Assembly (NCBI RefSeq): GCF_000195955.2
Contig: NC_000962.3
Coordinates: 3,480,001 to 3,512,000, forward strand
Source: Mycobacterium tuberculosis H37Rv
GTDB taxonomy: Bacteria; Actinomycetota; Actinomycetes; Mycobacteriales; Mycobacteriaceae
Length of the DNA stretch: 32,000 nucleotides
Reading direction: 5' to 3'
Part shown: positions 1 through 8,568 of the stretch, piece after piece
How the letters are laid out: every line of letters begins with the position of its first letter
Numbering within the stretch: position 1 is the first letter of the stretch
Program-made: the position numbers and the translations under genes
The notes under the pieces: generated by a model
Databases searched by the model: none
The model's input: only the letters and a program-made list of their open reading frames with translations
What the model was told of the DNA's origin: nothing

Positions 1-73
1 GCAACGTGGGAGTTCCAGTGCCGGCGTGCAGAACGACCGAAATTCGCCGCACCCGAATAGTCGGGTCGCATAG

Positions 74-742
74 ATGACCAGCAGGGATGGATTCACCATC
101 GTTTGGGATTGGAACGGGACGCTGTGCGACGACCGGACAATTCTTCTCGACGCGGTTGGGCAGACGCTGGTCAACGAGGGATTCGAGCCTCTTTCGCAAC
201 AGCAGCTGATCCAACGGTTCGCACGCCCACTACGAACGTTTTTCGAGAATGCGTGCGGTCGAGATCTCTTGACGTCCGAGTGGGAACGCGTCCAATCCAC
301 CTTTCGCCGAATCTATCGATCGCGAGAAGCTGAAGTCACACTCGTCGAAGATGCGTACGACGTTCTGGCGCAGGGAAACCGCAGCGCCGCTGGGCAGTTC
401 TTATTATCGCTGGCGCCTCACGACGAGCTTATGCACTTCGTCCAAAAATACGGGATTGCCAAGTGGTTCAACGGAATCCGTGGCCGGACTCGGCCCGACC
501 AAGAAAAACCCATGATGCTGGCAGAACTGATCATGCAGCGCTCTCTGAATCCCACTCGCGTGGTGCACATCGGCGATTCGCTTGAGGACGCCGCTGCTGC
601 CAGCGCGGTCGGAGCCATTTCCGTCTTGGTCACCGGAGCTTCACTGCAGCCACCCGACCGAGTCATGCTCAAACAGTTGCAGCCCTTCGTTGCGAGTTCG
701 CTGAAGCAAGCACTGCAGTACGCGGGTGGCGACGGTGATTGA
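74..742 (+). CDS. HAD-superfamily phosphatase-like protein (Rv3113-like)
   Basis: 222-aa ORF with an ATG start. It has a HAD motif I variant near the N-terminus (IVWDWNGTL) and a motif IV-like HIGDSLEDAAAA near the C-terminus. Position matches recalled H37Rv gene order. Confidence 0.85.
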   Translation: MTSRDGFTIVWDWNGTLCDDRTILLDAVGQTLVNEGFEPLSQQQLIQRFARPLRTFFENACGRDLLTSEWERVQSTFRRIYRSREAEVTLVEDAYDVLAQGNRSAAGQFLLSLAPHDELMHFVQKYGIAKWFNGIRGRTRPDQEKPMMLAELIMQRSLNPTRVVHIGDSLEDAAAASAVGAISVLVTGASLQPPDRVMLKQLQPFVASSLKQALQYAGGDGD

Positions 743-758
743 CGACGAAGGTACGCAG

Positions 759-1289
759 GTGGTGGCGGCGCGCCTGCCGTTCGGATGGTCAGCCGACAGT
801 GGGGTGACAGCCGACATCATCGAGGCAGCGATGGAACTTGCGATCGACACAGCGCGACATGCCACGGCACCGTTTGGCGCTGCGCTGCTTGATGTTACGA
901 CACTCCGAGCATTCTCGGGTGGCAACACCTATTTTGAATCGGGGGATCGCTTCGCTCACGCCGAAACCAACGTTCTACGGGCCGCAATGAGCACATTGCC
1001 GGAGCTTTCAAATCACGTGCTGATATCCACCGCCGAGCCATGCCCGATGTGCGCGGCGGCCAGCGTGCTCAGCGGAGTGAGAGCCATCATCTTCGGCACA
1101 TCAATCGAGACCCTTATCCAGTGCGGTTGGTTCCAAATCCGCATCAGCGCTTCGGATGTGGTGGCGGCCTCCACTCGTCCCACGCGTCCATCGGTGTATA
1201 GCGGTTTCCTCAGCCACAAGACGGACTTGTTGTACCGGAACTCCGAAAACCGACGAGCAATGAACCCCTGGACCGATCCATCGCATTGA
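759..1289 (+). CDS. CMP/dCMP-type zinc deaminase family protein (Rv3114-like)
   Basis: The ORF opens at GTG 726. It carries the zinc-deaminase signature HAE (FAHAETNVL) followed by PCPMC. The start is ambiguous (GTG 726, 735, 759 or 762); 759 gives the 176-aa length I recall. Confidence 0.78.
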   Translation: MVAARLPFGWSADSGVTADIIEAAMELAIDTARHATAPFGAALLDVTTLRAFSGGNTYFESGDRFAHAETNVLRAAMSTLPELSNHVLISTAEPCPMCAAASVLSGVRAIIFGTSIETLIQCGWFQIRISASDVVAASTRPTRPSVYSGFLSHKTDLLYRNSENRRAMNPWTDPSH

Positions 1290-1315
1290 CTCGGCTTGCC
1301 GACTACCTCACTGAC

Positions 1316-1327
1316 CCAGGAGGAGAG
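1316..1327. repeat. Left copy of the 12-bp direct repeat CCAGGAGGAGAG flanking IS1081
   Basis: An identical 12-mer recurs at 2759-2770. Each copy lies 6 nt outside the outer imperfect inverted repeat of the IS. Confidence 0.85.
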
Positions 1328-2758
1328 TTACGTCCAGGGGTGTGGTGTACGGGCAGGTAAGGCCGGTGGGCGTGTCGTAGCCCAGTAGTGGGCGGTCATC
1401 GCGTGATCCTTCGAAACGACCAGCAAAAGTCAATCGAAGGAAATGACGCAATGACCTCTTCTCATCTTATCGACGCCGAGCAGCTTCTGGCTGACCAACT
1501 CGCACAGGCGAGCCCGGATCTGCTGCGCGGGCTGCTCTCGACGTTCATCGCCGCCTTGATGGGGGCTGAAGCCGACGCCCTGTGCGGGGCGGGCTACCGC
1601 GAACGCAGCGATGAGCGGTCCAATCAGCGCAACGGCTACCGCCACCGTGATTTCGACACCCGTGCCGCAACCATCGACGTCGCGATCCCCAAGCTGCGCC
1701 AGGGCAGCTATTTCCCGGACTGGCTGCTGCAGCGCCGCAAGCGAGCTGAACGCGCACTGACCAGCGTGGTGGCGACCTGCTACCTGCTGGGAGTATCCAC
1801 TCGCCGGATGGAGCGCCTGGTCGAAACACTTGGTGTGACAAAGCTTTCCAAGTCGCAAGTGTCGATCATGGCCAAAGAGCTCGACGAAGCCGTAGAGGCG
1901 TTTCGGACCCGCCCGCTCGATGCCGGCCCGTATACCTTCCTCGCCGCCGACGCCCTGGTGCTCAAGGTGCGCGAGGCAGGCCGCGTCGTCGGGGTGCACA
2001 CCTTGATCGCCACCGGCGTCAACGCCGAGGGCTACCGAGAGATCCTGGGCATCCAGGTCACCTCCGCCGAGGACGGGGCCGGCTGGCTGGCGTTCTTCCG
2101 CGACCTGGTCGCCCGCGGCCTGTCCGGGGTCGCGCTGGTCACCAGCGACGCCCACGCCGGCCTGGTGGCCGCGATCGGCGCCACCCTGCCCGCAGCGGCC
2201 TGGCAGCGCTGCAGAACCCACTACGCAGCCAATCTGATGGCAGCCACCCCGAAGCCCTCCTGGCCGTGGGTGCGCACCCTGCTGCACTCCATCTACGACC
2301 AGCCCGACGCCGAATCAGTTGTTGCCCAATATGATCGGGTACTCGACGCTCTGACCGACAAACTCCCCGCGGTGGCCGAGCACCTCGACACCGCCCGCAC
2401 CGACCTGCTGGCGTTCACCGCCTTCCCCAAGCAGATCTGGCGCCAAATCTGGTCCAACAACCCCCAGGAACGCCTCAACCGAGAGGTACGACGCCGAACC
2501 GACGTCGTGGGCATCTTCCCCGACCGCGCCTCGATCATCCGCCTCGTCGGAGCCGTCCTCGCCGAACAACACGACGAATGGATCGAAGGACGGCGCTACC
2601 TGGGCCTCGAGGTCCTCACCCGAGCCCGAGCAGCACTGACCAGCACCGAAGAACCCGCCAAGCAGCAAACCACCAACACCCCAGCACTGACCACCTAGAC
2701 TGCCACCCGAAGGATCACGCGAGGAACCTTCACTCGTACACCACGTCCCTGGCCTTGG
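1328..2758 (+). mobile_element. IS1081 (IS256 family), extended boundaries; classical 1,324-bp core = 1399..2722
   Basis: The 15-bp terminal IR TCGCGTGATCCTTCG (1399-1413) has its reverse complement at 2708-2722, bounding exactly 1,324 bp. An outer imperfect IR (1334-1351 vs 2735-2752, 16/18) is flanked symmetrically by the 12-bp direct repeat. The element encloses the transposase ORF. Confidence 0.9.
1451..2698 (+). CDS. IS1081 transposase (IS256/Mutator-type DDE transposase)
   Basis: 415 aa from ATG 1451 (the ORF opens at GTG 1388). The sequence MTSSHLIDAEQLLADQLAQ... is recognised as the MTBC IS1081 transposase. Confidence 0.95.
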   Translation: MTSSHLIDAEQLLADQLAQASPDLLRGLLSTFIAALMGAEADALCGAGYRERSDERSNQRNGYRHRDFDTRAATIDVAIPKLRQGSYFPDWLLQRRKRAERALTSVVATCYLLGVSTRRMERLVETLGVTKLSKSQVSIMAKELDEAVEAFRTRPLDAGPYTFLAADALVLKVREAGRVVGVHTLIATGVNAEGYREILGIQVTSAEDGAGWLAFFRDLVARGLSGVALVTSDAHAGLVAAIGATLPAAAWQRCRTHYAANLMAATPKPSWPWVRTLLHSIYDQPDAESVVAQYDRVLDALTDKLPAVAEHLDTARTDLLAFTAFPKQIWRQIWSNNPQERLNREVRRRTDVVGIFPDRASIIRLVGAVLAEQHDEWIEGRRYLGLEVLTRARAALTSTEEPAKQQTTNTPALTT

Positions 2759-2770
2759 CCAGGAGGAGAG
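2759..2770. repeat. Right copy of the 12-bp direct repeat CCAGGAGGAGAG; contains the moeB2 Shine-Dalgarno
   Basis: Identical to 1316-1327. AGGAGG (2761-2766) lies 9 nt before the moeB2 ATG at 2776. Confidence 0.85.
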
Positions 2771-2775
2771 CAATC

Positions 2776-3945
2776 ATGACTGAAGCCTTGATCCCGGCAC
2801 CGTCGCAGATATCGCTGACCCGCGATGAGGTGCGCAGGTACAGCAGGCACCTCATCATCCCGGATATCGGCGTCAACGGCCAACAGCGGCTGAAGGATGC
2901 GCGCGTATTGTGTATCGGCGCCGGAGGATTGGGTTCGCCTGCTCTCCTGTATCTTGCGGCCGCCGGAGTCGGTACCATCGGCATCATCGATGGAGACCAC
3001 GTGGATGAGTCGAATCTGCAACGCCAAATCATTCATGGCACATCCGACGTGGGTAGGCCGAAAGTAGAATCAGCAGCCGAGGCGGTGGCGGAAATCAACC
3101 CGCACGTCCGGGTGACGCAATATCGCGAAATGCTCACCCACGACAACGCACTGGAAATTTTTGGCGATCACGACCTCATTGTTGACGGCACAGACAACTT
3201 CACGACGCGCTACCTGATCAATGATGCCGCGGTCTTGGCCGGCAAACCATATGTTTGGGGGTCGATCTACCGATTCAACGGCCAGACCAGTGTGTTTTGG
3301 CCCGGCCGGGGGCCGTGTTATCGATGCCTTCATCCAGCTCCGCCCCCGCCCGGATTGGTGCCGTCGTGCGCTGAAGGCGGTGTACTCGGTGCCATCTGCG
3401 CCACGATTGCGTCGATCCAGGTAACTGAAGTGCTGAAGCTCCTTACCGGAGTCGGAACTCCCCTCGTCGGTCGCCTGCTCATGTATGAAGCTCTCGACGC
3501 GACATACCATCAAATCCGGATCGCGAAGAATCCTGACTGCGCCATTTGCGGCGATGCGCCCACGATCACCGAATTGGTAGATGACAGCGTCAGCTGCGCA
3601 TCGACACAATCGGTGGATCCCGAACTAGTGATCAGTTGTGATGAGTTGCGAACCAAACAGCAGTCGGACCAGAACTTCCTCTTGGTCGACGTGCGAGAGC
3701 CCGCCGAGTTCGACATCGCGCACATTCCGGGCAGCATCTTGATACCCAAAGGCGAAATCGGCTCGGCGGCGGGCCTAGCCCAGCTACCGCTGGACAAGGA
3801 AATTGTCCTGTACTGCAAGAGTGGAATCCGATCGGCCCAGGCGCTAACCACGTTGAAAGCAGCCGGACTGCACAACGTGAAGCATCTCGACGGCGGTATC
3901 GCGGAGTGGACACGAACCATCGACTCCTCCTTGTTGGTGTACTAG
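2776..3945 (+). CDS. moeB2: Molybdopterin-synthase adenylyl/sulfur transferase, MoeB/ThiF domain fused to a C-terminal rhodanese
   Basis: 389 aa from ATG 2776. It has a ThiF Rossmann motif (CIGAGGLGSPALLYLAAAG), Cys pairs CYRC and CAIC, and a C-terminal rhodanese with the active-site loop LYCKSGIRS. Confidence 0.93.
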   Translation: MTEALIPAPSQISLTRDEVRRYSRHLIIPDIGVNGQQRLKDARVLCIGAGGLGSPALLYLAAAGVGTIGIIDGDHVDESNLQRQIIHGTSDVGRPKVESAAEAVAEINPHVRVTQYREMLTHDNALEIFGDHDLIVDGTDNFTTRYLINDAAVLAGKPYVWGSIYRFNGQTSVFWPGRGPCYRCLHPAPPPPGLVPSCAEGGVLGAICATIASIQVTEVLKLLTGVGTPLVGRLLMYEALDATYHQIRIAKNPDCAICGDAPTITELVDDSVSCASTQSVDPELVISCDELRTKQQSDQNFLLVDVREPAEFDIAHIPGSILIPKGEIGSAAGLAQLPLDKEIVLYCKSGIRSAQALTTLKAAGLHNVKHLDGGIAEWTRTIDSSLLVY

Positions 3946-3973
3946 CACCGAACTATGCGAAAGGATTCCCGCC

Positions 3974-4807
3974 ATGGCACGCTGCGATGTCCTGGTCTCC
4001 GCCGACTGGGCTGAGAGCAATCTGCACGCGCCGAAGGTCGTTTTCGTCGAAGTGGACGAGGACACCAGTGCATATGACCGTGACCATATTGCCGGCGCGA
4101 TCAAGTTGGACTGGCGCACCGACCTGCAGGATCCGGTCAAACGTGACTTCGTCGACGCCCAGCAATTCTCCAAGCTGCTGTCCGAGCGTGGCATCGCCAA
4201 CGAGGACACGGTGATCCTGTACGGCGGCAACAACAATTGGTTCGCCGCCTACGCGTACTGGTATTTCAAGCTCTACGGCCATGAGAAGGTCAAGTTGCTC
4301 GACGGCGGCCGCAAGAAGTGGGAGCTCGACGGACGCCCGCTGTCCAGCGACCCGGTCAGCCGGCCGGTGACCTCCTACACCGCCTCCCCGCCGGATAACA
4401 CGATTCGGGCATTCCGCGACGAGGTCCTGGCGGCCATCAACGTCAAGAACCTCATCGACGTGCGCTCTCCCGACGAGTTCTCCGGCAAGATCCTGGCCCC
4501 CGCGCACCTGCCGCAGGAACAAAGCCAGCGGCCCGGACACATTCCTGGTGCCATCAACGTGCCGTGGAGCAGGGCCGCCAACGAGGACGGCACCTTCAAG
4601 TCCGATGAGGAGTTGGCCAAGCTTTACGCCGACGCCGGCCTAGACAACAGCAAGGAAACGATTGCCTACTGCCGAATCGGGGAACGGTCCTCGCACACCT
4701 GGTTCGTGTTGCGGGAATTACTCGGACACCAAAACGTCAAGAACTACGACGGCAGTTGGACAGAATACGGCTCCCTGGTGGGCGCCCCGATCGAGTTGGG
4801 AAGCTGA
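3974..4807 (+). CDS. cysA3: Thiosulfate sulfurtransferase (tandem rhodanese)
   Basis: 277-aa ORF with the rhodanese active-site loop YCRIGERSS. Recognised as CysA2/CysA3 of M. tuberculosis. Confidence 0.95.
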   Translation: MARCDVLVSADWAESNLHAPKVVFVEVDEDTSAYDRDHIAGAIKLDWRTDLQDPVKRDFVDAQQFSKLLSERGIANEDTVILYGGNNNWFAAYAYWYFKLYGHEKVKLLDGGRKKWELDGRPLSSDPVSRPVTSYTASPPDNTIRAFRDEVLAAINVKNLIDVRSPDEFSGKILAPAHLPQEQSQRPGHIPGAINVPWSRAANEDGTFKSDEELAKLYADAGLDNSKETIAYCRIGERSSHTWFVLRELLGHQNVKNYDGSWTEYGSLVGAPIELGS

Positions 4808-4808
4808 T

Positions 4809-5111
4809 ATGTGCTCTGGACCCAAGCAAGGACTGACATTGCCGGCCAGCGTCGACCTGGAAAAAGAAACGGTGATCACCGGCCGCGTAGTGGACGGTGA
4901 CGGCCAGGCCGTGGGCGGCGCGTTCGTGCGGCTGCTGGACTCCTCCGACGAGTTCACCGCGGAGGTCGTCGCGTCGGCCACCGGCGATTTCCGGTTCTTC
5001 GCCGCGCCCGGATCCTGGACGCTGCGCGCGCTGTCGGCGGCCGGCAACGGCGACGCGGTGGTGCAGCCCTCGGGCGCGGGCATCCACGAGGTAGACGTCA
5101 AGATCACCTGA
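4809..5111 (+). CDS. sseC1: Small DUF1416-type protein accompanying cysA (SseC)
   Basis: 100 aa from ATG 4809, 1 nt after the cysA3 stop (TGA 4805-4807). The longer 149-aa ORF overlaps cysA3 in another frame. Confidence 0.85.
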   Translation: MCSGPKQGLTLPASVDLEKETVITGRVVDGDGQAVGGAFVRLLDSSDEFTAEVVASATGDFRFFAAPGSWTLRALSAAGNGDAVVQPSGAGIHEVDVKIT

Positions 5112-5131
5112 TAGCTAGGAAGGATGTCTGA

Positions 5132-5575
5132 ATGGCCAATGTGGTAGCTGAAGGTGCCTACCCTTACTGTCGGCTCACTGATCAGCCGCTGAGTGTGGAC
5201 GAAGTGCTAGCCGCCGTCTCGGGCCCCGAACAAGGCGGCATTGTCATATTTGTGGGAAACGTGCGTGACCACAATGCCGGGCATGATGTCACGCGGTTGT
5301 TCTACGAGGCGTATCCGCCGATGGTGATTCGGACATTGATGTCGATCATCGGACGGTGTGAAGACAAGGCCGAGGGTGTCCGCGTTGCTGTCGCGCACCG
5401 GACCGGTGAATTGCAAATCGGTGATGCCGCGGTCGTTATTGGCGCGTCAGCTCCCCACCGTGCGGAGGCATTTGACGCCGCGCGTATGTGTATCGAGTTG
5501 CTTAAGCAGGAAGTGCCGATTTGGAAGAAGGAATTCAGCTCGACCGGTGCTGAATGGGTCGGCGATAGACCATGA
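5132..5575 (+). CDS. moaE1: Molybdopterin synthase catalytic subunit MoaE
   Basis: 147-aa ORF with AGGAAGGA upstream and MoaE-like blocks ([18 protein letters not shown]). Confidence 0.9.
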
Positions 5576-6174
5576 GTCCGTCTCCATCGGCCCTGCTCGC
5601 CGACCACCCGGACCGCATTCGTTGGAACGCGAAATACGAGTGCGCTGACCCCACGGAGGCGGTATTTGCGCCCATATCCTGGCTCGGCGACGTGCTGCAG
5701 TTCGGGGTGCCAGAAGGGCCGGTTCTGGAACTGGCGTGCGGTCGGTCCGGCACCGCGCTGGGGCTAGCCGCGGCGGGCCGCTGCGTGACTGCGATCGACG
5801 TTTCCGATACCGCGTTGGTTCAGCTCGAGCTCGAAGCGACCCGACGGGAATTGGCCGATCGCCTCACACTGGTGCACGCCGATCTCTGCTCCTGGCAGTC
5901 GGGGGATGGACGCTTTGCTCTGGTACTTTGCCGACTATTCTGGCATCCGCCCACTTTTCGCCAGGCTTGCGAGGCTGTGGCGCCGGGCGGTGTAGTGGCG
6001 TGGGAGGCATGGCGGCGGCCCATCGATGTCGCTCGGGATACCCGTCGAGCCGAATGGTGCTTGAAGCCAGGCCAGCCCGAGTCTGAACTTCCCGCCGGCT
6101 TCACGGTGATTCGGGTGGTCGACACCGATGGTTCAGAGCCGTCGCGGCGCATCATCGCCCAACGGTCACTGTGA
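5572..6174 (+). CDS. SAM-dependent methyltransferase (Rv3120-like)
   Basis: 200-aa ORF with an ATGA start/stop overlap with moaE1. It has a motif I-like [16 protein letters not shown]. Confidence 0.85.
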
Positions 6175-6280
6175 ACGGTCCCTGGTTGTATGCGCACGTC
6201 CTTTGTTGAGAACCCGTTTCGCACCGCTCCGATACCGCCAGTCTGATGCACCGACCGCGCCGCCTCCCACCCGCGGAAGC

Positions 6281-6313
6281 TAACGAGGTGTGCATGAAAC
6301 CGGGGCGGTTCAG
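6281..6313 (+). repeat. Copy A of a ~33-bp imperfect direct repeat (TAACGARGTGTGCATGAAACC..GGTTCAG)
   Basis: About 30 of 34 aligned positions are identical to 9061-9094, in the same orientation. It lies 107 bp after the Rv3120 stop. Confidence 0.8.
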
Positions 6314-6508
6314 CAGCCCGGTTAATTGACAATCTGTGAAGAGGTTCCCACGACAATGGGCACGTTGGGCTCGCGATGTCGCGCGATTCGAGCGAGGTTG
6401 GGTGACGTTCCCGTTTGAGGATCTCGCCCCAGGGCGATGGGTTGGCGGGATGTCGATGTACCCGGAAGAGCAAAACGTGGCATGCGATAACGATCCGAGA
6501 GGAGTGCG

Positions 6509-7711
6509 ATGACAAGCACCTCGATTCCGACGTTCCCGTTCGACCGGCCGGTCCCGACGGAGCCGTCCCCAATGCTGTCGGAACTGAGAAACAGCTGTCC
6601 GGTAGCCCCGATAGAGTTGCCCTCGGGGCACACAGCATGGCTCGTCACTCGCTTTGACGATGTAAAGGGAGTGCTGTCCGACAAGCGTTTCAGCTGCAGG
6701 GCGGCAGCGCACCCGTCGTCGCCCCCGTTCGTGCCGTTCGTGCAGCTTTGCCCCAGCTTGTTGAGCATCGATGGGCCCCAACACACCGCGGCCCGCCGTC
6801 TGCTCGCGCAGGGCCTAAATCCCGGCTTCATCGCACGCATGCGGCCCGTTGTCCAACAGATCGTCGACAATGCGCTCGACGATCTGGCAGCCGCGGAACC
6901 ACCGGTGGACTTCCAGGAAATAGTAAGTGTCCCTATCGGAGAACAGCTCATGGCCAAGCTACTCGGGGTCGAGCCCAAAACCGTGCACGAGCTCGCGGCG
7001 CACGTGGATGCGGCGATGTCCGTGTGTGAGATCGGCGACGAGGAGGTGAGCCGGCGGTGGTCAGCACTGTGCACGATGGTCATCGACATACTGCACCGCA
7101 AGCTCGCCGAACCGGGTGATGACCTACTTAGCACGATCGCCCAGGCGAACCGGCAACAGTCCACCATGACCGACGAGCAGGTTGTCGGCATGCTCCTCAC
7201 CGTCGTGATCGGAGGAGTCGACACACCGATCGCCGTGATCACAAACGGGCTGGCGAGCCTGCTGCACCACCGCGATCAATATGAACGGCTCGTTGAAGAC
7301 CCAGGCCGTGTCGCTCGTGCGGTTGAAGAAATAGTCCGGTTTAATCCGGCAACTGAAATTGAGCACTTGCGAGTTGTCACCGAGGATGTCGTCATTGCCG
7401 GAACCGCGCTATCGGCGGGGAGCCCAGCATTTACCTCTATCACTTCGGCTAACCGCGACTCCGACCAATTCCTGGACCCCGATGAGTTTGATGTCGAACG
7501 TAATCCGAACGAACACATAGCATTTGGATATGGTCCACATGCTTGCCCGGCCTCAGCGTATTCACGCATGTGCTTGACGACGTTCTTCACCTCGCTTACC
7601 CAGCGATTTCCGCAACTTCAACTCGCAAGACCGTTTGAGGATTTGGAACGACGGGGTAAGGGCCTACATTCGGTGGGGATCAAGGAACTCCTTGTTACCT
7701 GGCCGACGTGA
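6509..7711 (+). CDS. cyp141: Cytochrome P450
   Basis: 400-aa ORF with the heme-thiolate loop [11 protein letters not shown]-helix GGVDT and EXXR (EEIVR). Confidence 0.95.
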
Positions 7712-7792
7712 CCCCGCGTGCCAGCAAGGGACTGTTGACTTCTCCGACGGATGAAAGCCGCCCTGGAATATCCAACCGCTCCTGCTCCTCGG

Positions 7793-8026
7793 TCAACTCA
7801 AGCCGAAACCGCCAACGGTGGCCACAAAATACGAGTTCGTCCACAACGTCGGCAGCCGGGACCGCAACCACGCAAACTCCTCACGCACTACCCGCAACCG
7901 ACGGCCCCTAATTGGGGTTGGGCCCATGATCGGTTGGCGGCTCATCAGGCGGTGCAGGATCTTGGTGTGCCCGCCTCGGCGCGGCGGAGCCGGGGTCGAG
8001 CATCTCTTTGCGAGTGATGAAGGCAC
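7793..8026 (-). pseudogene. C-terminal remnant of an IS200/IS605-type (Y1/HUH) TnpA transposase
   Basis: The 77-aa ORF ends ...RRLRVVREEFAWLRSRLPTLWTNSYFVATVGG. This closely resembles the conserved TnpA tail (..RRLRxEF....LWSPSYFxxSxGG). The N-terminal half is missing or overlaid by the next IS remnant. Confidence 0.45.
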
Positions 8027-8088
8027 AGCCCCGGCGCGGGGTGGGTGTGCAACACGAATGTAGGTAGCGGGAGTTGAGGCTGGGCGCG

Positions 8089-8559
8089 GTGTATTCTGGT
8101 TGTTGGATAAACAACCAGAATGGGGAGACGCGGGTGGGCGAGGACTCGCTGGAGGATCTGGAGCAGCGGCGAGCGCGACTGTATGACCAGTTGGCCGCGA
8201 CCGGCGATTTCCGGCGCGGCTCGATCAGTGAGAACTATCGCCGCTGCGGCAAGCCCAATTGTGTGTGCGCGCAAGAGGGTCACCCCGGGCATGGGCCGCG
8301 ATATTTGTGGACGCGCACGGTGGCCGGGCGGGGTACCAAGGGGCGGCAGCTCTCGGTCGAGGAGGTGGACAAGGTGCGCGCCGAGTTGGCCAACTATCAC
8401 CGTTTCGCGCAGGTCAGTGAGCAGATCGTGGCGGTCAACGAGGCGATCTGCGAGGCCCGCCCACCGAACCCGGCGGCCACGGCGCCCCCGGCCGGCACAA
8501 CGGGGCACAAAAAAGGGGGCTCTGCGACCAGATCGCGGCGGAGTTCACCGCCGAGGTAG
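8089..8559 (+). pseudogene. N-terminal fragment of a decayed DDE transposase (Rv3122-like)
   Basis: ORF 8074..8559 contains a Cys/His cluster (RRCGKPNCVCAQEGHPGHGPRY). The reading frame then breaks, and the transposase-like sequence continues in other frames (AEVERLVALA; AIRTAMTRLGSSLLEQLLGAD...CGQGHCAWFVGYRDKNLDTVLDRVRLLRACYHCRTCGRG). Confidence 0.6.
8093..8121. repeat. Perfect 12-bp inverted repeat with a 5-nt spacer (ATTCTGGTTGTT-GGATA-AACAACCAGAAT)
   Basis: Read directly from the sequence. It sits at the 5' edge of the Rv3122-like transposase fragment. Confidence 0.85.
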
Positions 8560-8568
8560 AGCGGCTGG

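Noticed and set aside
1-73. Possible 3' end of the upstream moaD1 gene
   Set aside because: None of the three forward frames ends in the Gly-Gly C-terminus expected for MoaD, so I treat this as intergenic.
1430-2287. Long antisense ORFs opposite known genes (for example 1430..2287-, 3953..4540-, 5820..6638-, 6322..7242-, 17745..18875+, 28238..28954-, 30752..31372-)
   Set aside because: These are typical shadow ORFs of a high-GC genome. They are Arg/Pro/Gly/Ala-rich and lack motifs. Each fully overlaps a gene with strong family signatures on the other strand.
7945-8508. 187-aa minus-strand ORF overlapping the transposase fragment
   Set aside because: No recognisable motif, Arg/Pro-rich composition, and antisense to sequence with clear transposase similarity.
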